Below, piece by piece: positions 21,629 through 36,600 of a stretch of 64,000 nucleotides of DNA. The stretch is from Callorhinchus milii (lineage: Eukaryota), in assembly GCF_018977255.1 (NCBI RefSeq), contig NW_024704746.1, positions 31,372,001 to 31,436,000 on the forward strand, written 5' to 3'. The first letter of the stretch is position 1, and every line of letters starts with the position of its first letter. The notes below the pieces were generated by a model. It was given only the letters and a program-made list of their open reading frames with translations. It was not told the DNA's origin and made no database searches. The position numbers were made by a program, and so were the translations under genes.

Positions 21629-24600
21629 GTATGTGCCTTCTCCACTATCTCTGTTCACATCTGTTGCTCTATTTTTCTGGTGTCATTCACTCCTACCTGT
21701 TCCGGTGTCTTCACTTCATCTCATTCAATGGTGTCTTTACTTGTCCCTGCAGGGTTACATGGGGAGTTCAGTAGGGCTTTACCCTCAGTCCTCTCCACTT
21801 CATCTACATGTTCTCCCTTGGTGACATTTTCAGGCATGGATCTATTTCCATACACAGATGACACACAACTCTATTTTTCTGCTTCTTCCCTCGATTTCTG
21901 TAACACCGCTGTTCTGAAATACTGCTTGTCAGACCTCAAGTCCTGGATGAGCTGTAATATTCTCCAACTCAATGTCAACAAACCTGAGACAATCTTGCTT
22001 GTCTCCCATTAGTGCCTCCTTGTCTCCCATTTGCGCCTCCTCGCCTAATGTTTTCATCATATTCATCTCCCCAGTTGCTCAGTCCAAATCACAGAGCCTG
22101 TGCAGAACAAAGATTTCACTTTCCTTCAAACCTTTCACTTGGGATCTGACCAAGCTACCTTTCATCCTCGTCCGCAAAATCTCCTGGCTCTGCCATTACC
22201 TTGTCATCTAATGCAGTATAAACCCTGATCTGTACCTTTATGACCTCTCAAGTCCTCCTGACGTGAAAGGCGCTTTATAAATGGAATCTTGTTGTTGTTG
22301 TTATTCAACTACTCACTGCCCTCCACAATTTCCAGTCCACACAAAACTCTGCAGCCCATTATCCTCTCTTGCACCGGGCTCTGTGGGACCATGACTCCCA
22401 TCCTGGTGCCCTCTCCCCAAAGTGCTGTAGGTGCTGTTGTTGCTTGCAGGTGTTAACATTGTAAATGCAGAACATTTGAAATAATAACCATTTTCTGGAG
22501 TTTATTCTAAATGTTTTGGAAGAGTTTGTACCGTTGTAGAAGTGGGTAAGACCATCACGTGAGTTAATGCCTTGCCCTTCAATGCCAATGGAGATGTCAA
22601 TGAGCTATAACTTTTTCCAACTCGACCTTTTTATGCTCAGGTGTGGATCCCTGATTGTCCAGTGCCTTACAACAACAACAAGATTCCATTTATAGAGCGC
22701 CTTTCATGTCGGTAGGATGTCCCAAGGCGCTGTACAGTTGGGTCAGGACCCGAGCATTGGGGGGAAATGGTCAGGGTGAGGGGAGGGAGCGAGGAGGGGG
22801 TAGAGAGTCGAGAGGGGAGCTGAAGGCACGGTCAAAGAGAAAGGTCTTGAGACCAGCCTTGGAGGAGGAAAGCGAGAAAGCGGCGAAGGCACTGGGGGAT
22901 AGAGTTCCCTGTTAGGATGTTCTCCTATGCTAGGTGCTATTATACATGTAATTTGTTGTTTTTGTATGGTCATGCTGGTTCACTAAAATCTTAAAAAAAG
23001 CGAATAAACTAATCTTATCTAGTAGGTTTGCTTAACTTGCTTTCGATTTCCTGATCCAAAATTGCGTTTGTCAGGCTTTGAGGAACATTTGCACCTGCAA
23101 GGAGTTCCACTTGCCAGCATCAAATGCTGTTTAACTTTTCAATGTTATTAAAGATTTCATGACACATAGAGGACAAATTAACTGCTCAAATCTCTTTGAA
23201 GGTCTCTAGCATAGAATACATTGCCATTTTAGAATTTTTTTTAGTCTTTGTAGCTTTAGACTATAGGATACTATGCGCTTTGCCACCTGCAGCCTAAATT
23301 TGTTCTGTAGTTTGCTTCCCTTTCTTTCTAAGCCTATGTTATTCAAAAGGACATTTGTGTCCGAAAGCCATTTCATCAATCTAGTATGTAACATATTCTC
23401 CCATCAGCACTGAATAATCTGTGAGCAAATGTAAATCCCATCTAAATAATGTAAGCTGATGCACAAATGAAAGATGCTTTACAAATGTGGATTTATAGGG
23501 ATACAGCCATTTGGTGCATTCCTAGTAAATCTCTCTTCATCTTTCCAGATGACTGCTACCATGGGGCAGCTGCTCAAGAGATAAAACCGCATGCTGTCCT
23601 GTCAATGGTTCTGGACTGCCAGTCTCAACCATCAGCTAGGACCACCGTGGTCTGAAAATAGATGTGCATTATTTGGAATTCTATTAAATGTCACATGGAT
23701 ATCTCCACATCACACTGTGGAGAATTCCAATCCTAAATTGGCTCCCAGTTCAACAACTATGGGATCCCATTTCAACAACTATATATCCAGTTGGTCTTCC
23801 ACTGATTTATAGTATTTAGCTATAAACCTTCCTATTCCTACCTCTGGAATCTCAATCCAGTATTGATAAACAGGACTTAGCCTATTTAGATTCCAACCCA
23901 AGTTTAAACATGGATCTTATTTCCAAATATTGACATATAAGACTTTGGCATCCATTCCGTTGTAAGAGATTGAAGGTCACTAATTTATCAGCTGGATAGA
24001 ACTGCCTGATTGACTAAACCTGTTGTATGCCAGACTTTCCAGCACATTACTCTAGTCCATCTCTCCCACCACACACAAGTATGCAAACGCATACATCTCA
24101 AATATCACAGAATTTCTATCTAATTGTCCTAAGCTCTGAAAAAATTACGGTTCCACACGAGGATGAATAGCTTTAAAGAGTTGTTTTGCTTCGGCAAAAA
24201 CAAAACTTTCAACAGAGAGCCAACAGTGACAAGATATTTTTTTCTGGTATAAAATGTATTTTATACAGTTGCATGTTTGCACAAGAGAGGTGCAGATCCA
24301 GATCCATTTCATTTGTGATGAGCATTACATTTATGTGACAGATATATTACAGATACCAATTGAAATTACAGTCACATGTTATACTCTTAGCTCTGAGTCA
24401 CTCTTGCTCTTAGGTCAGTCCAGTAAAGACTGTGTGCACTAAGTGTATGTGCAAACTGAAAAGCAGCACTGAATGTGAGTTAAGTTTCAGTATTATCGTT
24501 AGAGTTGGGAGTGTGTTTTTTTTTCTTCTTCCTTACTTTGTGAACCACTGTCTCACTATATGAACCTTTTCTCTTGAATATTGCTTTTCTGCATTTAATC

Positions 24601-27600
24601 CTCAGTCCTGTGGAGAATTCAGCATTGCCTTAAGTGATGTGCTTGTGTCATGGAGGCACTTACTTCAGGAGAAACTAAACCTGCTGAGTGAAGGTGAAGA
24701 AGCACCAGAAGGATACGTTAAAGTTCGAAAAGCTTATGATGCTTTCCTGACCAGAAGTAACTCTGTTGACCTGATTGATGTGTACAGGATTTGTATTGAG
24801 TTAAAACCTGAAAATGGACTTCGAGAAATGTTATCTGTGGTATGTTGACGGTATGAATCATTTTGCACAAACACATAAATATATATATCTATATTCATGT
24901 GTAATTTAGATTTAATCTGCTAGCCTGCTTGTATTTTTCTGCTTAACATAATCTAAATCCATTAGGTTTTTCTGTTCATGCTAGTCTGTGAGAAATAACA
25001 ATGCATATAGGATTTGTATCTAAAGGTGAATTTGATCTTCTGTTGCAAATTATTGGGTCTTGTATGATGTTGCGGAGTGGTGTGTAATAGAATAACTAAC
25101 TGGACTGTTACTGCCAGGTGCAACTGTTCGACTTCCTGTCGGGATCATCTGAAACTTTGGATAACTCCTTGATCTCAGTTCCCACTTCCCCATCCAATGG
25201 GTATCCAATCAATTCTAAGGTGAGCTCAAAATATTTTGGGAAATGATAACTTTATATAATTTTTTTGAATGGCGATCTTGTAAAATAGAGAAGCCCTGTT
25301 AGACGATGTTTCTTTACAATGGTGATTAAGTTAGGTTACCCCGTTCACTAAACATGCAGGTAGCAGTCTCATTGACCTCCAATGTACCATCAAGATGTCA
25401 CACTAAAATGATCTGCCTTTGGGTCACTACCCATGCCATTTCACTGGAGGTGATGCCAGAGAAAACCTGAGAAGTTGGCCATTTTATTTTCACTTTAGCT
25501 AAAAATGGCTGACTTCCAGATCTTGTATTGCCAGCTGTGTGTTTGTGGGGGGATTTCACACCTCTAACCTTACGATAAAGATGCATGCAATGGGCCTTTT
25601 AAACTATCTCCTTTTTAGACAATGCTGCATTTGCGGCTTCAGGAAAGTGAAGCAACTCTTTGTGTGAAGAAATGTTTTCTCATCTAACTTCAAACCAGCT
25701 GAACTCTAACTTTATATTCATGTCTCCTTGTTTTGGATATCTCAACCAGAGGTAAGAGTTGTCCTTTGCCTCATTCAAATCGCCCCTTAACCTTCTAAAT
25801 CTAGTGAAATTTATCCAGACTCTCATATTAGCTAAGGCCCTTCATCTGGATATTAACCTAGTGAATAGTTGCTACAAACACTCCCTTATTCTTCCTAAGG
25901 TTGGGTGTCCAAAACTGAATATAATACTCTAAATGAGGTTCAACCAGTAGTGCAACAGCAATTTTCCTTTCCTAGTCCAGACCACTTGTTATAAATCATG
26001 GCATCCCATTAATGGTTTGATTGCTCTCGGCACCTGTGAGGCAGCCTTTCATGCTCTCTACTTAAATCCCTAAATATCTTTGTTAATATACCCCTCCCTC
26101 CTCCCCATTTAGAATGTATTCACACTAACCATTATCCCCTCAAAGGGCACCACTTTTCTATGATGAACTACATCCAAATCTGGTTAACATTAAAAAAAAG
26201 AACATCAGTATCTGATCATCTAAATCTGAGAAAGAAAACTGGGAGAAAGGGATATCCAAATTGTTTTTTGTTTTGTTTTTTAAATACAAATTGGTTGATT
26301 TGGTTTTATTTTCTTAACTAGTCAGAAAGTACAGAATTGAAGCTCAAATACAATTGCTCTTAACCTATTAAAGAGTATCTGAAATCTAGTTGGGCAGAAC
26401 TATCAGCGTTCTGGTGGTGTCTGCTTATGCTGCCATTGCAAATATGTTGTTAACAAAAAATATAGTTCTGGAGTTGAGACTTCTCGTGACTGGAACAAGG
26501 AAAGCTTGATAATATTGGACTGGCAAAGTGTACAGGGTGGTGTTCCACTTACTGAACTCTCCCTGGTTTGCCCATCTGGACCAGCAAATATGGAGTCTTC
26601 AGATTCCATCACAGTTTCAGTAATGCATAATTACCAACTGCTGTTCAGTTCATTTCAGCAACTGCTTACGATTAAATCAGCGATAGCTAAAGGGAAATAG
26701 TCACCTGCTCCATAGTTCATGCCCCTATAAGCCCTACTTGACGGCTTCTCTTCCAGTCCCTGCAACGTCATATGCAACATTCCTCAGGGCTCTGTCCTTG
26801 GTCCTTTCCTCTTCAATATCTATATGCTCGCCCTCGGTGACATCATTCGCAGACATGGGGTTAATTTCCACATATATGCAGATGACACCCATCTCTGCCT
26901 TCACCCTCGACTCCAAGACCACAACTGTCCTGATGGATTGTCTATCAGACATCAAGTCCTGGGTGAGAGCTAACATTCCCCAGTTGACCATCGACAAGGC
27001 TGAGGCCCTCCTGCTTAGCTCCCATCAGCACCTCCAAACCTCAGGCGCTGACAGCATCACCATCCAAGGATGAGCCAGTCTGGAACCTTGGCCTTCAACA
27101 CTGGTTGGGCCCTCAGCCTTCTTGTCACCACCCTTTGAAAGTCCACCCCATAGTCCTTTCACCTCACACCCTCCCTTTCCTCTAAGGCCTGTCTCAAGAG
27201 CCTCCTCTTTGACCGCATCTTCAATTACCCTCCTATCCTTCCAGCCCTCCTGATCCTAACCACCAGCTCGGGTGTGGTTCCTCGACCGTCCAGCACCTTG
27301 GGACTTTCTCCTGATGTGGAAGGTGCTATAACAAATGTAATTTGTTGTTGTTGGAGACGTGAACATAAATGATCTCTTCTCATACGTAATCCTTGAGGTT
27401 ACACTTAGTAATAATATAAACTTTCTCCTTTTCTTGATAACATTGTCCAGAAAAGAAAAAAAAGGTTCTGGTTTAGATTGGTAAATCTGAAAAATTAAAT
27501 GGCTGATTTGACTATGTAATAGCTGAATCCTGCATTAATATTTTTGTGTTACATTATTTTTTTTGCTGCAGTTGGCCCTGATGGTGAAGAAGCTCCTCTG

Positions 27601-30600
27601 TGATTATTTGAACTTACTGGTGAACTCAAAGAGTGATCTAGCTTTGGCATGTGTGTTCAACAGCCCTGATCGAGGACTTGGAAGGAATGCCTTCACTGAT
27701 CTCCGACATGCGGCACAAAGCAAACAGACCTCTCTATTCTTGGTAAACGAGCAAGTTGGAACTCTTTCACAATCTTAACCAGTTAAATTGACACAGCTCT
27801 AATTAAAGCTGCAAAGACTGTAGGAATTTGCCAAATACTCCATGTGAATCCCAGATTTTCTGCGCTTTTTTTGTTAAATAACATTATCTTCCACCGTGCC
27901 CAACAACTATCACAAACCTATGCTATTTTCAGAGTAATGTGGAATACTGTAATAACATGCATAGCACCAAGTCGAGCAATCCCAAACTTTGGAGGTGGCA
28001 CAAGCACAGAATGGGATTAATTTTTTATTACTCTAATGCTTTACCCTTCCAGTGGGTGACGCTTTTCGTCTTCTGAAAAGTTTAGAAGTGCTGTTCAGTG
28101 GGAGAATAGTATGTTTGTATAGTAGAATGTTAATGTCACTAAGCACTGATGTTGGGGAGTGCTGGATTTGGCAGCCAGCACTCTTACATCATCAGGCTTC
28201 ATTTTGTAGCACGAGAGAGCCCTGGAGTAATGAGCTCAGAAAGTTCCACGAAACAGGACAACTTTATATTTTTAAAAAAAAGCAATTTTAACATTAATTT
28301 TTTTGAATTTCTGCGTCTTGAGAGATCAGAAGGAAAGGCTTACAAATATAATTTTTCATGAACCTCTTGAGGCATTTCTTTATTATGAGTTTGGAGCTAA
28401 AAATAATCCCAACATGATTTAGTGGACCAAGTGTAGAAAAGAGAAATGGATTTTAATTATTTATTTATGCAGCATTTACTGCAATGGAACTTAAAATATT
28501 GATATAATTGTCAGATGCAAAATATTTTTCAGCTATAAATTTTGAATGATCTATGTAACTATGCTTCGATTGCCAATTAACTAGTGTCATTGTGTGCCAG
28601 AGGCCCTATTTGAGACACGTCTGCAGGCAACATTAGCAATATTTTTGCTTTTCCCTTCCAGAAACATAACATTTACGGGTTATGGAGGGAGCGGGTGGGC
28701 CAGATGGAAGGTGGGGAAGGACCTGGATGAAATTGACCCACGGGCCGCCAGTTGGACCACTCTGGTCTACACTATGCCATATTCAGCCTCTGGGTACAAC
28801 AAGATTTGTCATCATACCGGGGATGAATTAACCTGGGGAACTTTCCTTTTAAGCACACATACAATACTGATACAGCATTCATTGAAGCACAACTCCATGA
28901 TTGTCTCAGATGGTGGTTAAGCTACAGACAAAACTGCCGTGACCAAGATCATCATAATGGACAGAGCCATACAAACTATTATTAAATATCAAATATTGTC
29001 TTGGCAGTTCAGTATATACTTGAGAGCTGCTGTGCTCCACACACACCTGAAGGTGCTAGGTTTAGAGAAACCAAAGTTTCTCTTACTTGTATACAGAGGT
29101 TGAATAAATTGGAAATTTGTTTTGCTGTCTACTGTTAATGTTTTTTCTTGTGTTTCTCATGCGTCCTCTGGAACATAGGAACAGGAGTTGGTCATTCAGC
29201 CCCTGAAGCCTGTTCCGGCATTCTATTAGATCATGGCTGATCTGTACCTCAAATCTAATTATACGCTTTTGCCCTATATCCCCTGATGCCCTCATCAGAT
29301 TGGACCATTTGTGATTGGAGATGCATTTTGTTTATTGCCGTATTTCAGTTTTCTTCCTACCGATTTAGGTCTCAATTCTGCCTCCTCCGGGGAAAGTCTA
29401 AGTGCACAGCTACAAAGTAAGGGCTGAGCGGGGAAATATCTCGACTGCTAAGGATACAAGGTTGAATTTCTTTCAAAGAATGAGGAAGGCTATGACTACT
29501 GTCATTTAATTTATGTTTTACTTTACTCTCTAGGCTGCAACATCCTTTATTAGAAGTCTAGAGCTGGGAGGAAAAAGCTATGCTCCTTCAGAAGGAGATC
29601 CACTTAAACAGCACGTTAAAGGACTTTTAGAATTTGTGCATTTCACAGATGCATTACAAGAAATACTGGGAGAAACCGCAGACTCCAGGTAACTACTTTC
29701 TTTTGTGCATGTAACGAATAAGAACTGACTTACATTTTTAACAAGAAAGTAAATACATGATGGTAACTTTGGCAAATGTATTGGAGCTTTAAAAAGCTTA
29801 ATTGTAAAACTAGCTTAGAAATGTAGGATGCCATTATATGGAAAATAGTTATTTTCCTTTGTGTGAATGCACTTTTTTATTCTACAATAAAACTTCAGAG
29901 TGAATGAGTTATAGTAACAATTAGCACCAGGAAGAAAACTATCACAAATTTAGGTTGAAATAAAGGAATGTAAGTTATTTAATTCCTAAATCTATAACAT
30001 TTTATTAGAAATTTCAAGTGAACCACTTTGTAACTTTGTAACTTATTATTTCAACTGAACTAAAATAAAATTAGTTTAACTTATAATGAAAATAATCTTA
30101 ATGGATGAAGTTTTCTCAATTCTGAAGTGTGAGAATGGGAAAGTATTTCAGATAAAAAGTAGACAATTTCTTAAAAATCTTTAACTATAGCCTACAGCCT
30201 TAGTTGTACCTATGAGAACTAGAAACAAAAAAACGTGGGATTTTTATGGGCAAGTTGCCAATCTGAAAATGCTGATCTTGCTATTAACTAGAAATTGAAG
30301 AAGTCGCTTGTTCTTGGAATGAAAATTTAGCAGCTGCTGAATTTAATTCATGTTCCTTAATTTCCTGAAAATCATAAGACTACATATGTTTAACCAATCA
30401 GCTGTATCACATGATTAAATTCATGGCAACTAACGTGGAAATAATTGGTAATGAGTTGCATTTACAGTGAATTATATTCTTTAGAATTGCTCAGTTATAT
30501 ATCTTTGCCATTGCATCTTCAATCTATATCGTAGACTCTGAAGCACTTTGAGACACATTGATGTGATGAGACCACCATATGAAATGCAAGGTTTGCTTAT

Positions 30601-33600
30601 ATCCTCTTAGTTTTCTCATTCCACAAACTTTCCTCATGGGAGAAAACACTCAGCAGTTTAGAGCCATCAAATACTACTCTTATCTCTCTGCTCAAACAGT
30701 TCTTTTAATAAATATAACATTACATAATTTTCAATCATTGTTAATTCCAGTTTCTCCTCCAAGAAGTCTCAGTGGCTAAGTGGTTCTGCCACTTTCACTG
30801 TGTTTTTGGCCATCCTTTTCTTTTAAAACTGTTCCCAAGAGTGTTTGGTTAAATTTGTGTTTTTCTTTAAAATGTCAAATCAATTTATCTGGGAACTGGT
30901 GCTCTGACCCAAGTTCCCAGTAACATGTTTGGGGGGTGTGGGGGGTGAAAACTCATCTGTTTCTCATTCAGCAAGTTTTATCTTTACGATTTGTCATTTG
31001 GTCACAATTTGACATATTTTGAGGGCCAGAGACATTCTAATCAATTTGGATAGTTTAAATCCCTTCCCAAATAATACTGAATGTGCTCAGAGTGTTTTTT
31101 AAACCTCCTTTCCCCACTCCACACACCCAAAATGTTTGACCTTTACGGTTAGCCAACAACATAAGTTTTTCTTGATTCAGTATTTCTTGATTTATACCAT
31201 AAATCATGTTTGGGGATGGAGGGGTGAGTGGAATGCTTCTTCTTCACGGGCCACAGGTTGACCAACTGTACTATCTAGTTAAAGTAAATCTGGACACAGG
31301 TGGAACTTCTGTCCAAATCTTTCAAAATAGTAGATGACCATGCAAGTGATGCATAACAATTGCTCTGAAAATGAGTTCAATCCTGTACAAAGTGACAGTC
31401 AGTTGCTGAGGAACAACAAACGGGTAACTATGTTTGTTGGCAGTATTGCAGGGGGTCGAATTCTCACTGTGATCAAGACGCGGCTGCTAAAAGGCCATGG
31501 CTGTGAGAGCCCACTTTACCTCGCTGCAGAGGAAGCCACACGAGAGCTAAGAATGAGGATTAACAATATTATCAATTGCCAGCGTGAAGCCAGAGACGGA
31601 GCAGCTACAGGCATCAGTCCAGCACGGGTAAATAGATCTTCAATCTCACGCTGATTTGCTTTAGATGATGACCAATCTTTCATCTGCATTTGATATTTGT
31701 GTGCTAGAGATTAGAGTTAATCCCCTGATTAAAGCAAAAGGCAAGAGGTACTGGTAATGTTGTTTCTATTTGTAATGCAACAAAAGGATCTTCACTTAGT
31801 GACTGACATAGCTCTGGGCATAAATTGCAGTATTGAATTTCAGATTCCCAGTTGGAGTCTCCCTAATTCTATCCAAAAAATGTATTCACTTAAATTACTC
31901 ATGCAAACTTAATTTCATGTCGAGTTCAAACCAAATGCTAAATTTCTCTTTTCACCCCAGGCACATTTTCTATGGTAGCTGTAATCTTGATTTTTTTTTT
32001 GCATTTTAAGTGACATCATCCTGCCTCATTTCTGCTCATAATTAGTTTGTTTTTCCTTTTTAAATAGTTCTACAGGCTTTGGATTGACAATCTAAAATCT
32101 TTGAAAGTAATGATTTGGGAATGCAGGATAAAAGTAGCGTTAGAAATGTATTTCAATACCAACTAGGCTCAAATTTGATGCAGCAATTCTCTTGAAGCCT
32201 CAAAGGATGCAACTAAACTGTTTTCAACTATGTTTCTTAATGGTCAATGCTAGCCTTCGTGTTAGCTAATGTTAGCCTTGAAATATATAATTGACCTGGA
32301 TTGTTTTGAAGTTGCAATCTTCATTTCTTTTAATTGTAATTTAATTTTCTTTAATTAGTTACAACTGACTCTACCATTTGCGTAACTTGCTGAGATATCT
32401 ATTCTGATTGCAACTTGCGCATTGTGTATCTGCCAGTTTTTTCTTCTTCTCTCTGGCATCAAATTGTTTTGGTACAGATGGAAAGGCATCCATTTGCTCT
32501 GCTGTCCTGCAATGCTTATGTGATTTTACACTAAAGACATTTTTTAGATTAGCTTTTAGAAAATTTCACCCATAAAATATAGCCACTCTCCTTTATTGTA
32601 TATCCTGTGAAGCACTTTGAGACATTCTTGTGATATAAAAGGTGCTATATCAAATGTAGGTATTAATATTTTACATAATGTAAAATTGAACATAATGTGA
32701 AAAAGGGTGTTCTTACTCTCGTACTTTTAAAGCCATTCAGCAATGTAGTTTCATATGATGATGATGATGATAATAATCCTTACATTTAATATAGCATCTG
32801 ATCACTTTGTCGAGACATCTCAAAGCACTTCACACAATATATTATAAAGTGGAACAACTGTATTTTGTGGGAGAAACGCAGCAGCCAATTGCTCACAGCA
32901 GTGTCCCACAAACAGTTGTGGACCGAGTAACCAAATTTTGTTCTTCTGGAGGGATTTATGATGATGTCTATGTTTTTAAATTGTTAGCCTCGAGTTTATG
33001 CTATCAACCATGCCTCAGCATACGGTGGCAGGGATACTGTGAAAGCATTCCTCGCTCTGATGGATGAGGAGGCAGCAAATCTTCCAAGCAGAAACAAAGC
33101 TGAGCTGCTGCACGGAGCAGAACACCATAACGTCTTAGGATTGCCTTGTATGTTAACTCTCTTCAGGTATTGATTCAAAGCGTTTCAATATTGAGTTGCT
33201 GAAGAACAACTTGTGAAACCTATAAGATGTAATAATGATACACAATAGAGCCGCCGAGGGGAGTGGGGAGGTGACTGGAAGCACGATCAAAGAGGAGGGT
33301 CTTAAGGAGTGATCTGAAAATGGGGGCAAGATGGAAAGGTTGAGGGAGAGAGTTAGAGTTGCGGGGTGTAGCGGGCTAAAAGGTGGAATGCAAGGGGTAT
33401 GAAACACAGCAGAGTGGCGGTGGCGTGGGGAATAAGCATATCAGAAGTAGGGAGGTACTGGGGCATAAAGGGATTTTGTAGACCAGTGTGAGGATCAATT
33501 CAATTGATCTTTCCATAATTCAAGGTACTATTGTACTATGTTTCCACTTTAAGTAAAACATTTTCAATAATGTTATTTTAATTGTAGATCTCCAGAGCAG

Positions 33601-36600
33601 CCAAGTGGCTCATCTCCAAAGCCTTTGCGCAATCGTGTTCAAAGTCGAGTCCGTGAAGGAAAAGCCATTAAGGTACCATACTATTGTGCACTGGGACTTT
33701 CCGCTCTTGACAGTCATTTGGAGATTTGCTAAATAATAATAATGCTTATAATTAGATGCAACATTTTATCACCTCAAAACATCTTAAAGTGCTTCCTGGA
33801 GTTTTTCTGAAACAGTTATTTATTTAGAAAAAANTTATCCCCATAGGGGAAGAAAATGGAAGTTGTTCCAATAGACTTTGTCAATGTTGCGGATATTCTG
33901 TGCCAAAAAAGAAAGCGTTTTAATGGCGTTAGTGCTGTTGCCAGAGGTACTGTTAAGGTGACTCTCAGCAGGTTTATTTTATGAAAATATTGGATTTAAC
34001 TTTAATAAATTCTTAATGTGCTGCAGTAAGTAGTGATCCAAAGAGACTGATTGCTATCAGGGTAAGGTTTCTGTTTTCCAGATTAACGTTTTAGTTACTT
34101 ACACAAATGACAGGGGGAAAAAAAACAGTGAAGAGTACTGGGATGTGGTTCCACTATCACTGAATGTTCAACTGTTCGCCATTCTTGTGTACTTTCTTTA
34201 CATAACAATTAGTGGCAGACTATTTATATGGCAATATCACACAATCAGGTGTTTGTTTTACATTTTTGTAGTACCTTGTTGTTGCACGAATGGCAGCTAG
34301 CTTCTGCGTCTGCTGCGAGTTTTTACAAAGGTCCCTAAACCAGGTTCTACAGTTAGAAATGCTTAACTTTTGTGAATTATTAAAATCATGTAAAACTAAG
34401 ATCTTTTCACACTGATCTCTTCATTAGTATTGACGTCTTACATTCCTCTCATCTCAACTTCACCCACCCAGATGTTTCTATGAAACACTTTAAGACGTTC
34501 CCCCTGACGTGAAATGCATTATATAAATGTAAAATTGCTATCCTTATTATTTGTATAACGATTAATCCATAATCTGTATCATGATGGTAACTCTTACAAA
34601 GTTCCGGGTAATACAATTTATTTTATTTGGAGTTCCTCAGTACCTCAACAATATTCTAATCTAATCAAATAATTTTCCTGTTTTTTTAAAAAAAAATATG
34701 CATTCATAAATCCCCAACTTGTTTAGATTTGAGTTAGTATTGTACATTGAAACTGTTTCGATGTAAGATTTATGAAGTAGATTTGTGTCAATTTGTCCAC
34801 CAAAAATTGTTCCAAGCTCACAGAGATCACTCTTTGACTTTTTATATGGACAGAAATGTATGATTTTAGAATTTTAAGCTTCGTGAGAAAAGCCCTTTTC
34901 CACCTGTAAAAGCCATCTCAATTGTCTGGCCTCCTTTAACTCCACTATAGATTGAACTGATTTCCTTCCAAAGGTCTGAGTTAGTTTTGTTAGCACATCT
35001 TTAAAACTTTTTTGGGGGTAAATTTGTTTCATAAAATATTAAGTCTGATGTGTTTACAACTCCTTGATACAAATTGTTGGAATTAGGTTCAAAGCATCTG
35101 TTTTGTTCATTGCATTGGTGAACTCCACACATAGACTAGATTATTATTGGCTTCAAAACAACTGCTGTACCACAGCAATTTGTTCTGTGAAGGGTCATGT
35201 TGCAATTCAGCTTTTAGAGTTGAATCCCAGATGTGTGCTATGTGATCTGCAACATCTGCATTAAGCTAGGTAATACAATCTTCAAATGCTGCTTTTTATA
35301 AAAAAAAATCCAACTGGTAATGATTTCCAAGAATATACATTATTATTTTAACTCCTGTAAAGCTATTAAATTAAAATTATTCTCCATTACCGAAGAAAAA
35401 ATGTACTTGACCAAATTGTATAAAATCAGGATTTGCTTTTACATTTTTAGAACTAGACTGGTTTCACGCCGATGTGAATTCAAGATAAATTATTTTGTGC
35501 TGAGCATCGGTAACGAGGTATTTCACTTTACATGTCTGTTACCATAGGTGAAGCACAATCTGATTAAATCCCAGTTTTCGTGCACATACAAAGAGGATGA
35601 TGTAGTGACCAACAATCTTCAGAACTATCGAAGCCTCAGCCAAGCTCCAACATGCGTTCACCCAGGACCAAAACGTGTTCCAGATATATACTGTGACAGT
35701 ACATCCACTGAAGGTAAAACTACATGGAGTTCTTGGTGCAAAGAGGGAATGCCAATATTGCAGTCTCATTTTCCTCCGGTTAACATCTATCACTCATACC
35801 TTGAAATATAATTCAAAACAAAAGGAAACAAAAGATTTTTTTTTTTCTTGGCTTGCTGTTGATGTTAACTGTTTGGTTACTAGATTACAGCTCGTTGCTC
35901 TCGATCTGATCTTTCAATATCTGAGAATGTTCGGGGAACACTCAAAAGGCAAATGGGGCGTTTAGAGTTTTGACCATACAAGACCTGAAAAAACTGTGTG
36001 CTTCATATGTTAAGTAAACAACAAATATAAAATGCTTACACTAGTCTACCTCGTAAGCTTTGATGGATTTCTCTGCCAAATAGCGAATTAATTCCCCTTT
36101 GAATTTGCTGATGCAATCCACCCACCCCACCTCCTTGGGCAGTCTATTTCTCATATCCATCACTCTCTGTGGAAAGTAATTCAATCTGAACTGTCTGTTC
36201 AAGATGTCCTTACTTCAATGTGATGACCAGAATTACATGCAATACCCCAGATAGGGCTGACATGTGCTCTTTACAAACTCAGTATCACTCTTGTGTTCTA
36301 CTCCTCCTTGTATACACCCCTAACATGTTGCTCACCTTCTTTACTGTTGCTAACATTTGTCTTTTTTTGTGATCTCTCCACCAGTACCCCAACTTGTTCT
36401 CCTTTGTAGTGTATTCATTTCTGCACACTAACATTGTTTAGATTATATTCTCTCTTTTTCTTTGAATCTCTACTTTTGCCCACATTAAATGAGATCTGTC
36501 TCTTGCCAGATAGTAATGCTGGCATTTATTATTACACTGAAACATCTCAAAGCACTTTACAGAAAGTGTATTAATGTGTATTTGTAGATCCTGGAATCCC

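Noticed and set aside
21629-22012. Extension of the PARPBP exon 1 ORF into an RT-like YTDD sequence
   Set aside because: Chance in-frame read-through into an intronic L2 fragment; a consensus donor lies at 21629
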